From Amoebidium appalachense (Eukaryota; Protista; Ichthyosporea), in the NCBI GenBank assembly GCA_963693365.1, contig CAVNZM010000014.1, positions 2,852,001 through 2,916,000 on the forward strand: DNA of 64,000 bases, read 5' to 3'. A program made the position numbers and the translations under genes. This document shows, one piece after another, positions 14,630-35,397 of this stretch. How positions within the stretch are numbered: the first letter of the stretch is position 1; the number at the start of each line of letters is the position of its first letter. The notes below the pieces were generated by a model that saw only the letters and a list, made by a program, of their open reading frames with translations, made no database searches and had not been told where the DNA came from.

Positions 14630-15340
14630 TCTGATAAACCTAGGTCTCTATACCAGTGCACATATGCACACCAACAATCCCCCGGTTGCTCAGTCCACTA
14701 TCTACATGTATGTATACACTGCCAGATGTCTGTCACCCCCTCCCCTTCCCCCTCCCACCCCCACACACCCACCACCACCCGCCCAACCGACGTGCGTGCG
14801 CGCCACCCACCCACCCAAGACCCCACCCCCACCCCACCGTTAGGCACATACACACGCCGCAAGCACAGGTTTGCACACACGCACACATACTCTAACTTGC
14901 TTTCCCAAGCCCTGTGCCCTTGATATTCCTCGTTTAAATTGTTTTCTCGCTTCCTCCCCCCCCCCCCCCCTTCCCCCCCCCCCAACCCCCTCTCTCCCCG
15001 CCTCCCCCCTCCCCCCCCTTTCTCCCCCTCCTCCGTATCTCTATCTACTATCTGTCACACCCTCCATCTCTCTCCCGCTCTCCATCCCTCCCTCCCTCCC
15101 TCTCTCTTTCTCCCTCTGTCCCCCCCCTCCCCCTCCCCCCCCTTTTTCTCTCTAGCTCTCGCTCGCTCTCTCTCCCCCCCCCCCCCCCCTCTCCCCCCCC
15201 CCCTCCCCCCTTTCTCTTTCTCTCCCTCCCTCAATATATGTGTGTGTGTGTGTGATGTGTGTGTGTGTATCCCTCCCCCCCTCTCCCATCCTACCTCCCT
15301 GCCCTTTTTTCGCTCCCTTTCTCGCTCTTTTCCCCGCCTC

Positions 15341-15372
<32 letters not shown>

Positions 15373-15515
15373 ACTTCCCCTTCCCCTACCCTTTCCTTGC
15401 CTTTGATTCATCATGATATTCAATGATCGGTGTTGTATTCCGACATGTGCACGTTTGCCTGCAAACAAACTGGGATCCGGGCACGTGCGCGGGCACACAC
15501 CCACGCACTCTTCCA

Positions 15516-15568
<53 letters not shown>

Positions 15569-15608
15569 GCCACACACACACACTCTCTCTCTCTCTCTTC
15601 TCTGTCTC

Positions 15609-15639
<31 letters not shown>

Positions 15640-15703
15640 GTCTCTTTCTTTCTCTCTCTCTCTCTCTCTCTTCCACATACACTTACATGCGCACGCACGC
15701 GCG

Positions 15704-15758
<55 letters not shown>

Positions 15759-15762
15759 TTCT

Positions 15763-15829
<67 letters not shown>

Positions 15830-17102
15830 GGTGTCTGTGTACACGTATCATTCATGCCTCTTTCCTTTCACTCACCCGATATTCCCTCAAGTGGTCATGT
15901 GTAAGTGTTGATACCGGCAACAAATCTGCAGCAATGGAAGACTTCTCCTCCCAGTCAGTCAACACAGGAAGGAATGGCGATCTTTTTTTTTTTTGCTTCT
16001 TTTCCCTCTTTCTTTCTCTCTCTCTTTGTTTTTTTGTTTTGTTTTTTGTGTGCGCGTGTGTGTGTGCTGGGGCTTTTTCCTTTCTCTCTTTTTTTCTTGC
16101 TCTCCCTAATCTTCAATATTTATTTCAATACTTATTTTTTGTTTGTTTTTTGTGTGCTGGGAGGGGGGACCCCGGGGGATGGGGGGTGGGGGGGGTGGGA
16201 GGAGGAGGGGGGGGGGGGGGGGGACGGGGGGAGGGGGAGTCGTTGTGCAGGTTGTAGTGGTTGGTTATTAGACAGTGAATTGACCTAACAATCTGAGATG
16301 ATACATACGGTTTGTTCATGGCACAAACCCTGATTGCTTTTGGAGAACTCTGTGCTAGGTATGCCAATGTGTGCCCTTCCCTAGTTTTTTCATGTGCATG
16401 TGAGGACAATCCAGGTGCTGAAACCACGGGGGTGCTATTTAACGGCATTTTGGTGAGCGTTTTTCTCTTTTTTTTTTTTTTTTCTTTCATTTATATATTT
16501 CATGCCATGGATATTCATAATAGAATTTTCCGACCGGTTGCAATACTTCTGATTGGATTAGGTTGAATATATAATGTACATAGGTACTGGTGTTCACACA
16601 CTGTGTGCAAAGGTTGGCTGTGCATGACAACCGACTTAACTGCAAACTCATTTGGGAGATATCTTACTACTGAGGCTGTATTGTAATATATATTATGTAT
16701 GAAAATACACACGCTCAGCGCTCTGAAAATAAAATGGAAACATACTGCATACAAAAGAGATTTGAGTGTTTCCACGTGCTGTGCCTTGTTACGTACGACA
16801 CCATATTCCTACTTTTTTGTTTGTTTTACACATGTATGTAAAGTATGAATAACAGTGTGGATGATCAGGACTGGCCAAAGTGGCCCCTACTATTCATATC
16901 AGAAACACTCATAAAGGTGTTCTGGAAAAGCTCCAGCAATAAACTGGGCATTGGGGTCTGAGCCACGGTGCACGTGGGATACAGTACGCATTGTGCACGT
17001 GCGCACGTGTTCACATGCACGTTCATATGCATGTTCATCATACACACACACATACGACACACACACACACACATACGACACACACACACACACACACATA
17101 CG

Positions 17103-17137
<35 letters not shown>

Positions 17138-17270
17138 CACACATGCACACACACACTGCCCCCCTCCTCCTCCTCCCCCCACCCGCCCCCCACCCAACCA
17201 CCACCACCACCACCACCACACACACACACACACACATAACCATCTACACGCACGCACACACACACACACA

Positions 17271-17334
<64 letters not shown>

Positions 17335-17914
17335 ACAACCACCACCAACACCATCACCACCACACACGCACACACACATTGGCCCCTCACACACGCAAAC
17401 CCACGTCACAGTTTGTGCAATGAACTAGGCGTTGGTTTCGGGTCCGGATCCACGGTGGAATACTGTGTGCACGTGTTTGTGTTCATGCGCATGTGCTATA
17501 TCGGGACCCCCCAGTGGTGCGGCATTGGAATGAGAACCACGGCAGTCACCGATCAAGAGAATCTGATAAAGTGTTCGATGGCGATTTTTGATGTGCGCAT
17601 ATATGCATAATTTCCGATTGTACACCCTCTACCTGCACGTTCAACCCCTTGAATGGTGTGGCTGCAGGCATGCTTGCACGTAGTGTAATGGCCTGATCTA
17701 CACACAGTCATGCATACACATATGCAAACATGTGCCCACCACCCCCCCCCCCCCCCCCCCCCCCCCTCCCCTCCCCCCCATTCCCCTCTCCCCCGGGGCC
17801 CCTCCCCCATCCGCCCAACCATACACGTACACATGCACAAAACGCACACATGCACACATACATAAATGTGCACACACAAACACACACACACAGTGTCACG
17901 TGCACGCACACACG

Positions 17915-17965
<51 letters not shown>

Positions 17966-19312
17966 GTACACACACACACACACACTGTGCCCCCCCCTCC
18001 CCCCTCCCCCTCCCCCCCCCCCCAACACACACACACTGCCCCCCCACACACACAAAAACTCCTCACACGCACGTGCACGCGCACTTACACGCACGCGCAC
18101 GTACGCAACGTGAACCCACAAATACACACACACACACACATGTACACACACACACACACATGCCCACACAGAACATACACAATACACCCAATTCGCTCTG
18201 GGCACATCTGCATCAAATGTAAAGTCAAGAGGTACTCGGGCCCCATGGAATGAACAAGCAACCGAATTTCAAATTTATTATTCAGAACTTCCATGCACTT
18301 GTTTCACAGTACTAGTTTCGAGTTTTGTGTTTGACTTATGGATATCGAAACGTGTGCGTGTATTCCAGTGTGTGTATGTGTGTGTTGTGTGTGTGTGTGT
18401 TTGTGTGTGGTGGGGTCATCATGGTGGTGATGGAGGAATTGGGGGGGGGGAGGGGGGGGCGGCTAATAAGTATTTACTCATTGGTACGGAGCCACAGTAC
18501 ACAAACCACCATTCACCACTGTGATATATAACCGTTGAATGGAAGGCCTTCGGGAAGAAACACTTTCTTCGGGACACCGGGCATTTATGTTAAGGGCTCG
18601 TTCCATAGATCTTTCAGTGAATACGTGCAACTTTTATTTTGTTTGTTTCCTTCTTTCAGTGCGTGAGCAAATCAATTAAAGCACTATCATTAGGACACCC
18701 ATCTAAAATAAACGTACATTCAATTAATAATTAATTAATTAAAAAAAAAAAACAAAAAAAAACAAAAAAAAAAAAAACAACCATGTCAAATGCAACAAAG
18801 CTTCGATATTACAGGCATTCAATCAAACACTAGGAACAAGGTTTCATTCGGCATTACTCATCTAGATCTGCTATTGATAACAAGAGATTTCGGGAACCCC
18901 GATTCCGCGTGTATAGTATGACATTCCAATTGAAAAAGACGGATAAACCACATTCATTCTACATGTAGAATAAGTGGCGCCGAAATGGTACTACGGGCGT
19001 AACAACAAATTTAAAGCATACATTCAATCAAAAACGAACCTTGGCTACTGTATAGCAATCGGACAGGAATCTTCGCAACAACAACTGGCAGCAACCAACC
19101 AAAATAAATAAACGACCACGGCCATCTAGGTGTTTCTAGATGGCCGTGATAAACGACATAAACCTGAAACAAGCACGAGCCGTTGAATACGTGTAAGAGT
19201 TCTTAGGGGGTTCAGAGTATCAATCGATACTACTTGCCTCCTGACACCTACCGGCTCCTCCTCCCCCCCCCTCCCCCCCCCCCCCCCCCAAACACACATA
19301 CACTCCCGCCCG

Positions 19313-19360
<48 letters not shown>

Positions 19361-19461
19361 CCGGCACACACACACACACACACACATACAATATGCATAT
19401 CCCAGCATAAACAACAAGTTCAACTAAGTCGCTTTATAATATATTGGAATAGGCGGATTGG

Positions 19462-26628
<7,167 letters not shown>

Positions 26629-28991
26629 TTCTTGTTTAGCTTGCTAGCCAGGCTAACTGGGTTGCCCGCTGCCTACATAAACAACCGAAAAAACTATTCA
26701 TAAAAAAACTAGAACATATTAAAAAACGACAGGAATATAAAACGAAACGAAAATATAAGAGTGTGCCGGTCTGCAGTGCTTTTCTTCGCATAGTTTGAAA
26801 CTGCGTCCGGCCCGCTTTCATGGTAACGGTTGCGTGTGGGATCCACGCTCAAGATTCTCGTGCGGTGCACCTGACCTGGGCGTGTCCAGCCATGACCAGC
26901 CGAACTTCAGTGCGCATTTATAGACAAATTTTTATGCTGTTGACCAAAATATTATGCTGTAGTAGTGTATAGATATATTTCATTTTGACCCTAGAGAAGC
27001 CGAAGTTAAATGCATGTTGTAGGAAGGTTCTAACCCGAACTGAACAGCATCTTGCTTAGGCTATCCTACACAATCAACATACAACTGTTCCTATTGGTCA
27101 CATATCATATATTGATAGTTTGTTTACGATTTTTCTGCCCTATTGCCTCTCATGACTTATAGCGAATTACCACACACTATGTAGTATGTGAGGGTCTCGG
27201 GAAAGCGCAAGATATAGAACGTAATACTACCATAATGTGATAATAGTCATTGCATCTGCTTCTAGCGGCTCTTTCTTGGAAGCTCAGTGATACTATAGTT
27301 ACGTGTTATTTACCAAATGGCAATAATGCAGCGAGAACTATGTGGAGTTGTGGCATACTATAATTGGGCCATTAAAGAATCGATTCTGATTGGATGAGTA
27401 ATTGACGACACAATTGCGGTTTTTGCCGCTCCGCGGCCGCAGCCAAAATATTTTCGCTGCATTCTTGCTCGTGGCGCCATCCATTCCTTCGCCAAGCTCT
27501 GCATGTGTATTGGCCCAACCGTACTAATAAGTGCGTTGTTCATTAATATTAGAACTCCGACTCATAACACTCACAGTTTTTAGGCACATGTGTACATGGC
27601 ACAAATGTGTACAACGCAATAAAACATACATGCGCATCACTCTTGACTGGCCTGGCTGACACCACGTGCACCGTATCATAGTATGAGATAGTATTGTACT
27701 TCATAACTATAGCTTAACATATGTATGTAGCTTCAACAAACATGTACGTACGTAGGAAAATATCGCCGCTTTTTTCCAGTTTCATAAAATTAGGTTGTAC
27801 TCAGTGGTAGTTCTAGATAGGCTGTACAATGGATTGCAGAACTCATTAGTAGTAAGCCTACCACCTGCTGAGGCGGTGTCTCCTTTCTTTCTTTTTTTTT
27901 TTTTTTTACTTAAAAGGGACCGCCTGAGTAGATGTATAACGTCGCACGTGCGGCAACACGTCAGTACGTGTTAGGTAGTAAGCATACGCACCAGGCTCCG
28001 ACTCACTATGATAATCACGATCATCATGCATATGCATATGATTTATCACGCTGCTCATGCGAATGACTGATCGGGCTGCCAGCCACGACTGTGAGTGTTT
28101 ATTATTATTATTATTCCACACGCGTGCATTTGTCTTAGTATATTATATTAGTATTACTTGTGTCTGACTCCTGGAAGTAAACTTTGCTTAGTTCGGATAC
28201 AGAGGTGCCGCAGTGCCGCACTGCCGCACTGCCGCTGCGCACGAATCGTGATGTTGATGCGAGATCGGCCAATAGGAGTCTGTCCGGTTCAATTAAGCGT
28301 TTGATTGGACGACAGTGCATCAATCTGGGTTAATCGGTCCGCGAGTAAGAACCATCTGTTCTGTACTGATGCCATCGGCTAGCCATGGTCCATCACGTCG
28401 CGATAGGCTCAATACATAACAGTTTACAGTGTTTAAATGAAGTTTCTATATATACGATATTCCTCTTAGCATTATACCCATGTGTATTTCTTAATGTTTA
28501 CACCTGCAACATCTGTGTAGCATTTTTCCAATAGCAATGCCGCAAAATCTTGATGATTGGCGCATCAGATGAGAATCCCGGAACTCACTTCGAATTCACC
28601 GGCTCACCGGTCTCAGATCTAATACTAATCTACAGCCTCTCAAAGCCAGTTTATGTTCGATTTCACTAACAAAAGAGGTTTCCACCCTCTAAGTAAAGTT
28701 GTGGGAAATTGAAAGCGCGCAAAGTTGATATAGGCAGTCTGGGGTGTCCGACGCCTCTTTCAACGTCAAAATCACTTGGCACACACACACACACACACAC
28801 ACACACACCACAAACCTACACACACGCACACGCACGCGCACACACACGCACACATACACACACGCACGCACAGACGCACACGCACACACACCCGTGCGCG
28901 CGTGTCACACACACGCACACGTCTGCACACACACAAGCACACACACACACCGTGACAAACACACAGTCATACACTGGCGCGCGCACGCGCG

Positions 28992-29109
<118 letters not shown>

Positions 29110-29322
29110 CACACACACAAACACACACAAACACACACACACACTCACACACACACGGGACACATGTATGGTAATATACCATGCCAACCAATGGATGGAT
29201 TATCGGATCCATTTTTTTTATTTTTTTGATTTCAAACCTTCTTTTTCTTTTTGTTTCTTTTTTTTTGGGGGGGGGGAGGGGGGACCTCTGGGACACTCTA
29301 GAGTCAGCTGATGCCTGTGACA

Positions 29323-29411
<89 letters not shown>

Positions 29412-29706
29412 CGCGTGTTGTGTGTGCAGCACATTGCGTGTAAGGCACATTGCCTTTTTGTTCCCCCCCCCCCCCCCCCCCCCCTCCCCCCCCCCCCCCC
29501 CCCCCTCCATCCCCCCTGGGGGCCCCCTCTTCCCGAGTTTCTCTCCCCCCCCCCCCCCCCCCTTCTCTCTTCCCCCCTATCCCTCCCCCTTCTCTCTTCC
29601 CCCCTCTCTCTCCCCCTCCCCCTCCCCTTCTCTTAAAGTGTTCTCTCCCCCCCCACGCCCTCTCTTCCTCTCTCTGCCTCTCTATTCCTCTCTCTTCCTC
29701 CCCCTC

Positions 29707-29881
<175 letters not shown>

Positions 29882-30092
29882 CTCTCTCTCTCTCTCCCCC
29901 CCCCCCCCTCCCCCCCTCCCCCCCCTCCTCCCCCCCTCTCTCTGTGTGTATGTGTGTGTGTGTGTGTGTGCGTGTGTGTGCACGTTCCTGTGTGTGTGCG
30001 TATGTGGTGTGTGTGTGTGGTTGTGTGTGGGTGTCTCTCTCTCTCTCTGTGTGTGTGTGTGGGTGTGTGGGTGTTTGTGTGTGTGTGTGTGG

Positions 30093-30147
<55 letters not shown>

Positions 30148-30994
30148 CGCGCGCACGTGTTCGTGTTCGTGTTGATGTAATGCGTGGCTGTGTGTGTGTG
30201 CTTTAGACCTCCGTTTCCCTGTGAATATTTTCCCGGGATGATGAAAAGCCCCCATGCTCAGTGTTGCAGCAGGACACACATAAATGCAAACGTATAAAAC
30301 TCTTTTATTATCAACTTATCCAGCTCAACTTGCCAAGGCCAAATTCTTCAACAGATATATACTTGTCTGCCAAAAAAAGTGCTCAATCTAGGGGTATAAT
30401 TCACGGTGCATATTTCCATCGAGTCATCCGGCTATATACATACATATGTATATGTACAACGGTGCAGTTTTGGTATGTACACGTGCAAGTGGTTTGCCAA
30501 AGATGCCATTGAAATTGATGTAAGGTCCAATATCTGATTCACTGCTCCGACGGCACAACCAATGTAGAATGATGAGTCTTAAAAAATCTATGCCGATGAT
30601 GATATACTACTTGTTTCAAACCGAACCCCACTATACCCCCCCCCCTCCTTCCCCCCCCCCCCCCCCCCCTCTCCCCGTCTCGCCTCACCCTGCCCCGCGA
30701 GTTCTCCCCCCTGCTGATACACACACGTACACACGCTGGCCATGCTGCCCGTACAGTGCAATAAGGTAAAAATCACGTAGAAGTAAATAGTAGTTAAACG
30801 TACACCGTCCTAATCATATTCATCAGCCCATACTTGTGCGCTTAACGGCTTTACTTATTAGCATGTGGCACTGTATGAGTACTACGTGACGACAAATAAG
30901 CCGCCTTATAATCAAGAAAACCTGCTACAGCCGCAAACTAATGGGAATACGAGGCTCTCGATTTACACTCCTATCCAAGGCTACCACTCAACCA

Positions 30995-32518
30995 CTACGG
31001 CCTACATACAAAAGGCAATCCAGCCTTAAACCCCGCTCTCTTAATCCTCTCTCCATTCGCCTGCTTAAGGGCGCACCTTCCATTATGATCACGCGTCCAC
31101 GCACGACACCTCTCCTCCACATCACACATGCGTGCGCAATCGGCAACAGACTCCGAGTCAAAAGTCATGTACGAAACACCGGCGATATCGGTATCGTTAA
31201 GGGTCCACGCCACCTCGTCAAACTGCCGTGGGTTAGCCGCGAGTTGCCACTGCCTTAAAGCTCCCATAGTTATTGGGATTCCCGCCTTGGCTGCGAGGGT
31301 CTCCGCCTGCCGCAGTGCTAGAATGTTTTGCGGCGCCATTTTGTGGAAGCTAATTGGTCGGTCGCACGGGCCATCCTCCACCCACGTGGGGTTGGCATCC
31401 ACGTGTTTGATGTTGCGGCTGTGGAACCCACGCACTTCCGTGACGAGAATACCCATGTCTCGCATGCACAGGCCCACGCGAATATCGCCCGCCCAACACG
31501 ATTCATATTTGGTGATGCATTTGTCGGCGTTTTCGATTAGCCGTAGCATGGCCGCTCGAGAAAGAACAATTCCCGCACCTCCCTGCGCAAACATTGGTCC
31601 CTCACCATATTTGGTAACTCCATCGCAGCCGGCAAAACGATTCGCTTCGCCAAAGTAATGCGGTTGGGAGCTGTTCTGCGCGGCGAGAAAGTCGATGAGG
31701 TTATCCAAAAATATGTATGTGTCGTCATCCGCCATGACATACCATTCCGCGTGGGGAAAAGTTTCGTACAAAAGGCGGAACCCAGGGAGGTTTTTGTGCG
31801 CGTCGTTTTTCCAACCGTCCGAGCCCGATGACCCCGGTCCCTGCGTGGGCAATGGGAGCGAACGTAGACTGCTCAGCACGTTGTTGATCTCTATACCATC
31901 CGCTGTTTTGGTTTTGCTATCGCCGATAAATATTCTATTTGGCACACGGTCCGTCCATGAATACCTTACGGCGAATAGGCGTGTGCGCGCTACTTCCGCT
32001 CCGGTTTTCACGGCCACCGCCACCTTACTGCGCAGGAATGTGTTGGTTGCTTGACGTTGCTTTTGATACGCCTCTGACGGGCTCTCATTCTGAACGGGGT
32101 TGGTTTTTTGCGACGAGGGAGCCTGCATTTTGGGGCTCTCCGTTGCGTGGGCGGGGTTTGTGAGGGAACTGCTTGGCTTTGGAATGGGTACGACCGCGGG
32201 AAGGATTGTTGTTGACTCGATCGAAACATTTGAGTCCAGTGGATGGGTGGGTTGGTTTGGCTGTGTGCACATTCCCATCCTAGTTTGGGTCCAACCAAAA
32301 AACTCAGTTTTCAAAAATCTGATTGTGCCTATTGTTGATGTTCCCTGCATGTGCATGCAAACAACTGCAACTGCAGATAAGAGAATCACAACTCTTAGAA
32401 TATTTCCAAATGAAGCGAAAAAATAGCCCAAATTGAACGAGTAGGCGGACATTGACGCCCGTCTTCTGGCACCCGGGCTGGTGATTGACTTTGTATGCTC
32501 CATCATTATATTCGTCAT
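30995..32518 (-). CDS. Intronless GT31 (Fringe/core-1 beta-1,3-galactosyltransferase-like) glycosyltransferase with N-terminal signal anchor and C-terminal PAN/apple-like domain
   Basis: 507-aa ORF: hydrophobic VVILLSAVAVVCM, VAVAVKT, EWYVMADDDTY (DxD), FAQGGAGIVLSRAAM, GDIRVGLCM, ISFH. C-terminal DTDIAG..SVADCARMCDVEERCRAWT..GRCALK. Confidence 0.88.
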   Translation of the reverse strand: MTNIMMEHTKSITSPGARRRASMSAYSFNLGYFFASFGNILRVVILLSAVAVVCMHMQGTSTIGTIRFLKTEFFGWTQTRMGMCTQPNQPTHPLDSNVSIESTTILPAVVPIPKPSSSLTNPAHATESPKMQAPSSQKTNPVQNESPSEAYQKQRQATNTFLRSKVAVAVKTGAEVARTRLFAVRYSWTDRVPNRIFIGDSKTKTADGIEINNVLSSLRSLPLPTQGPGSSGSDGWKNDAHKNLPGFRLLYETFPHAEWYVMADDDTYIFLDNLIDFLAAQNSSQPHYFGEANRFAGCDGVTKYGEGPMFAQGGAGIVLSRAAMLRLIENADKCITKYESCWAGDIRVGLCMRDMGILVTEVRGFHSRNIKHVDANPTWVEDGPCDRPISFHKMAPQNILALRQAETLAAKAGIPITMGALRQWQLAANPRQFDEVAWTLNDTDIAGVSYMTFDSESVADCARMCDVEERCRAWTRDHNGRCALKQANGERIKRAGFKAGLPFVCRP

Positions 32519-33783
32519 TTATTCTTTGTGTAAGTGTAGTATCGTGTATGCCAAAACATGTATCATTTAATAAACTCTGAAGTGCATGTGACGAGGAAAT
32601 GACGTGCGCGCATGCATGTGAGGAAAATAACACCGCGAGCTGGTATAAATATCTTGGAGTGGATCTCAGACAGAAAGCTTCTAAATGATTACGTGGTATC
32701 AATGAGCAAGGGGCTGATTTGTATGTATATGATACCATGTGATTCGAGCATGGGTTGTTCCATTCACTAGTTGCTAGCTCGGCATCGCATCAGCATGATA
32801 CCTGCAGTCTGTACACGTACATGTGTTCTGTGTATCATGGTGGTGAGAGCTGGTGGGTTTTATATAACGCACAGGAATTTGTGAGTTCTCTGTGATCTGT
32901 TTTAGAATTCTACGTGACGTCAATTACCTCAGTTTCAAGAATAGAGTAGGTGTGTAGTGACTAAAAGAGAATGAGGCTCCGGGCTCGGAGTCGGACGTCG
33001 CGATCTGGATGCTCAATCCAGGGATCCAATCAGCGCACGGTGCAATCTCGACCAATCATTTGGGTCTTAAAAGCAAGATGCCACTTATCCCAGGAGCCAA
33101 TGAATAGCGTTCTATTTATGCCTCAGTGCATTCCAGTCTCTCCCGGGGCCCGGATCCGGCCCGGGGGTGACATGCACAGCCCTGGGACGTTCACACACGT
33201 GGTAACGGTGGCATGCAGATGCGCACGAGCAGCCCTAAATAATAGTGTTTATGTTAATAGTGTTTATATATGTACATACGCTTAGGGTCTTACTAATGTT
33301 TCGTGTCTTTAAAGCACCACCGTATATTGTGTATTCGTTGTATAATATACTGTTATCGTTAGGTAAATGAACACGTCATGGGGCCGTCCGCCTCCTGAGA
33401 ACACGTGCGGATTCAAGTGCACACCGATGCATAGCTGCCCGGGCATGCACGATTTATTGTTGGTGTCCTGGAATGTGTTCACATGTACATCATGGTGGGG
33501 TTGTGTGACACGGGAGACTCAGACTTCCAGATGTCTACGAACAATGAAGGGCGTTCTGTTATTCGGTTTTTATCTCTCCCATGCATGTGTTCGACATATA
33601 CTACCTAAGTTTACTGGGAATCCGAAACCCTCCTTCGTACCAAAAACACAACAAAGCCAAAAATGGGTGGGATGGATGACAAAATCCAGTCAGTCTACCG
33701 GGCGGGAGAGGGCCCGGGGGGAGGGGAGGGGAGGGGGGAGGGGGAGGGAGGGAGGGAGGGAGGGAGGGAGGGAGGGAGGGAGG

Positions 33784-33850
<67 letters not shown>

Positions 33851-33910
33851 AAGGGAAAGAAATACGGAAGTCTCATGGGTGAAGGGGGGAGAGGGAGGGG
33901 GCGAGGCAGG

Positions 33911-33953
<43 letters not shown>

Positions 33954-34255
33954 GAGGGAGAGAGAGAGAGAGAGAGAGAGAAAGCGAGATGGGGGGGGGG
34001 GGGGGGGGAGGGGAGGGGGAGAGAGAGAGAGAGAGAGAGAGAGAAACACAATTAACTTTACCCGCCCCCCCATCCCCCCCTCCCCTCCCCCCCCCCCCCC
34101 CCCCCCCCCCCTGGTGAGCCCGAGAGGGTTGATGGTTATCCCAATATTCTAATATTTCCTTTCTATCTTATCATGGCCGACAACAGTAGAATGTGAGTGA
34201 CAACCAGTATCAAAGACACTATCCAACCAAACTGCTACAGAGCCGGGTGTTATAT

Positions 34256-34307
<52 letters not shown>

Positions 34308-34630
34308 CCGGACACACACACACCAAAAGGCCTTTTTCCACTTAAACCCGAAGTCTTGGACAACAGGTGAAGACGCTACCGAATCAAAATGAAGAGCAGG
34401 AAATCAGGGGGAAAAAAATAATCGTAGGCAAAGAAACTAGGAAGGGCATTCACATCATGCTGCAACCATTACACCCACAAAAGCCTACGGTATTCGTTCC
34501 GAATTGCGAACATGTCAAGTTTAGCCACAAGCTCACGACGTCGTGTGTGTATGGTACAAGCACATGCACACATACAATCCACATTTTTACCCGAGGGCAT
34601 CTAATTTAGGATATCCAATGCATTGTATAT

Positions 34631-34754
34631 CTAGTCTACGTGACGATATTTCATGAAGATGTTGTAGAGCATACGGAAGAGGGTTTTTTTGTCTTGCCCC
34701 ACGATGGCTGTGGATGAAACAAAAAGTCAGCAGGTGGCCTGACGAACTGCACAC

Positions 34755-34793
<39 letters not shown>

Positions 34794-34865
34794 ATCACTT
34801 TTCCAGTTTCCCGTTGTGTAAACACTGCTATCAGTCTTTGTTCATCGTATCCCACTACCTCTTGT

Positions 34866-34908
<43 letters not shown>

Positions 34909-35366
34909 TCACGTGCGTGCGTGCATGTTTGTGTGTGTGTGTGTGTTGAGCCTTTGTGATTCATACAGGAACTGCCAATAAAAATCAATAAAGGAAGACT
35001 CACGAATGTAACGAAGCAAGAAAGGTATTGTGCAAAAAGCAGTGTTGAAGATGTCGGAGATCCCCCGTTCCCCCCTCCCCCCCTCCCTCCCTCCTGCACA
35101 CTCTTCCCCGTCCTCCCTCCCCCCCCCCCCCCCCCCCCGGTCCTCCTTTCTCCTCCCCCTCCCACGCCCTCCCCCTCCCCCCCCCCCCCCCCCCCCCCCC
35201 ACCACCACCATTCCGTATCGACCTTCAAGCATACACACATACACGCATGCAACCATCTCTGGAACCTTTCCCCCCCCCCCCCCCCCCCCCCTGCCCCGCC
35301 CCGCTCCCCCCGATACATATTGCATGTGTGATCTATGCTTCTCCTAGTGGTCAACCCCCCCGGTCA

Positions 35367-35397
<31 letters not shown>

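Noticed and set aside
18970-18995. LTR primer-binding site (TGGCGCC)
   Set aside because: No LTR pair or gag/pol remnants nearby
26850-28780. Hidden gene in a long microsatellite-poor block
   Set aside because: Only short ORFs with no motifs or consistent exon chain; probably upstream regulatory or intergenic DNA
31128-32426. Several plus-strand ORFs
   Set aside because: Antisense to the GT31 gene, with no recognisable motifs
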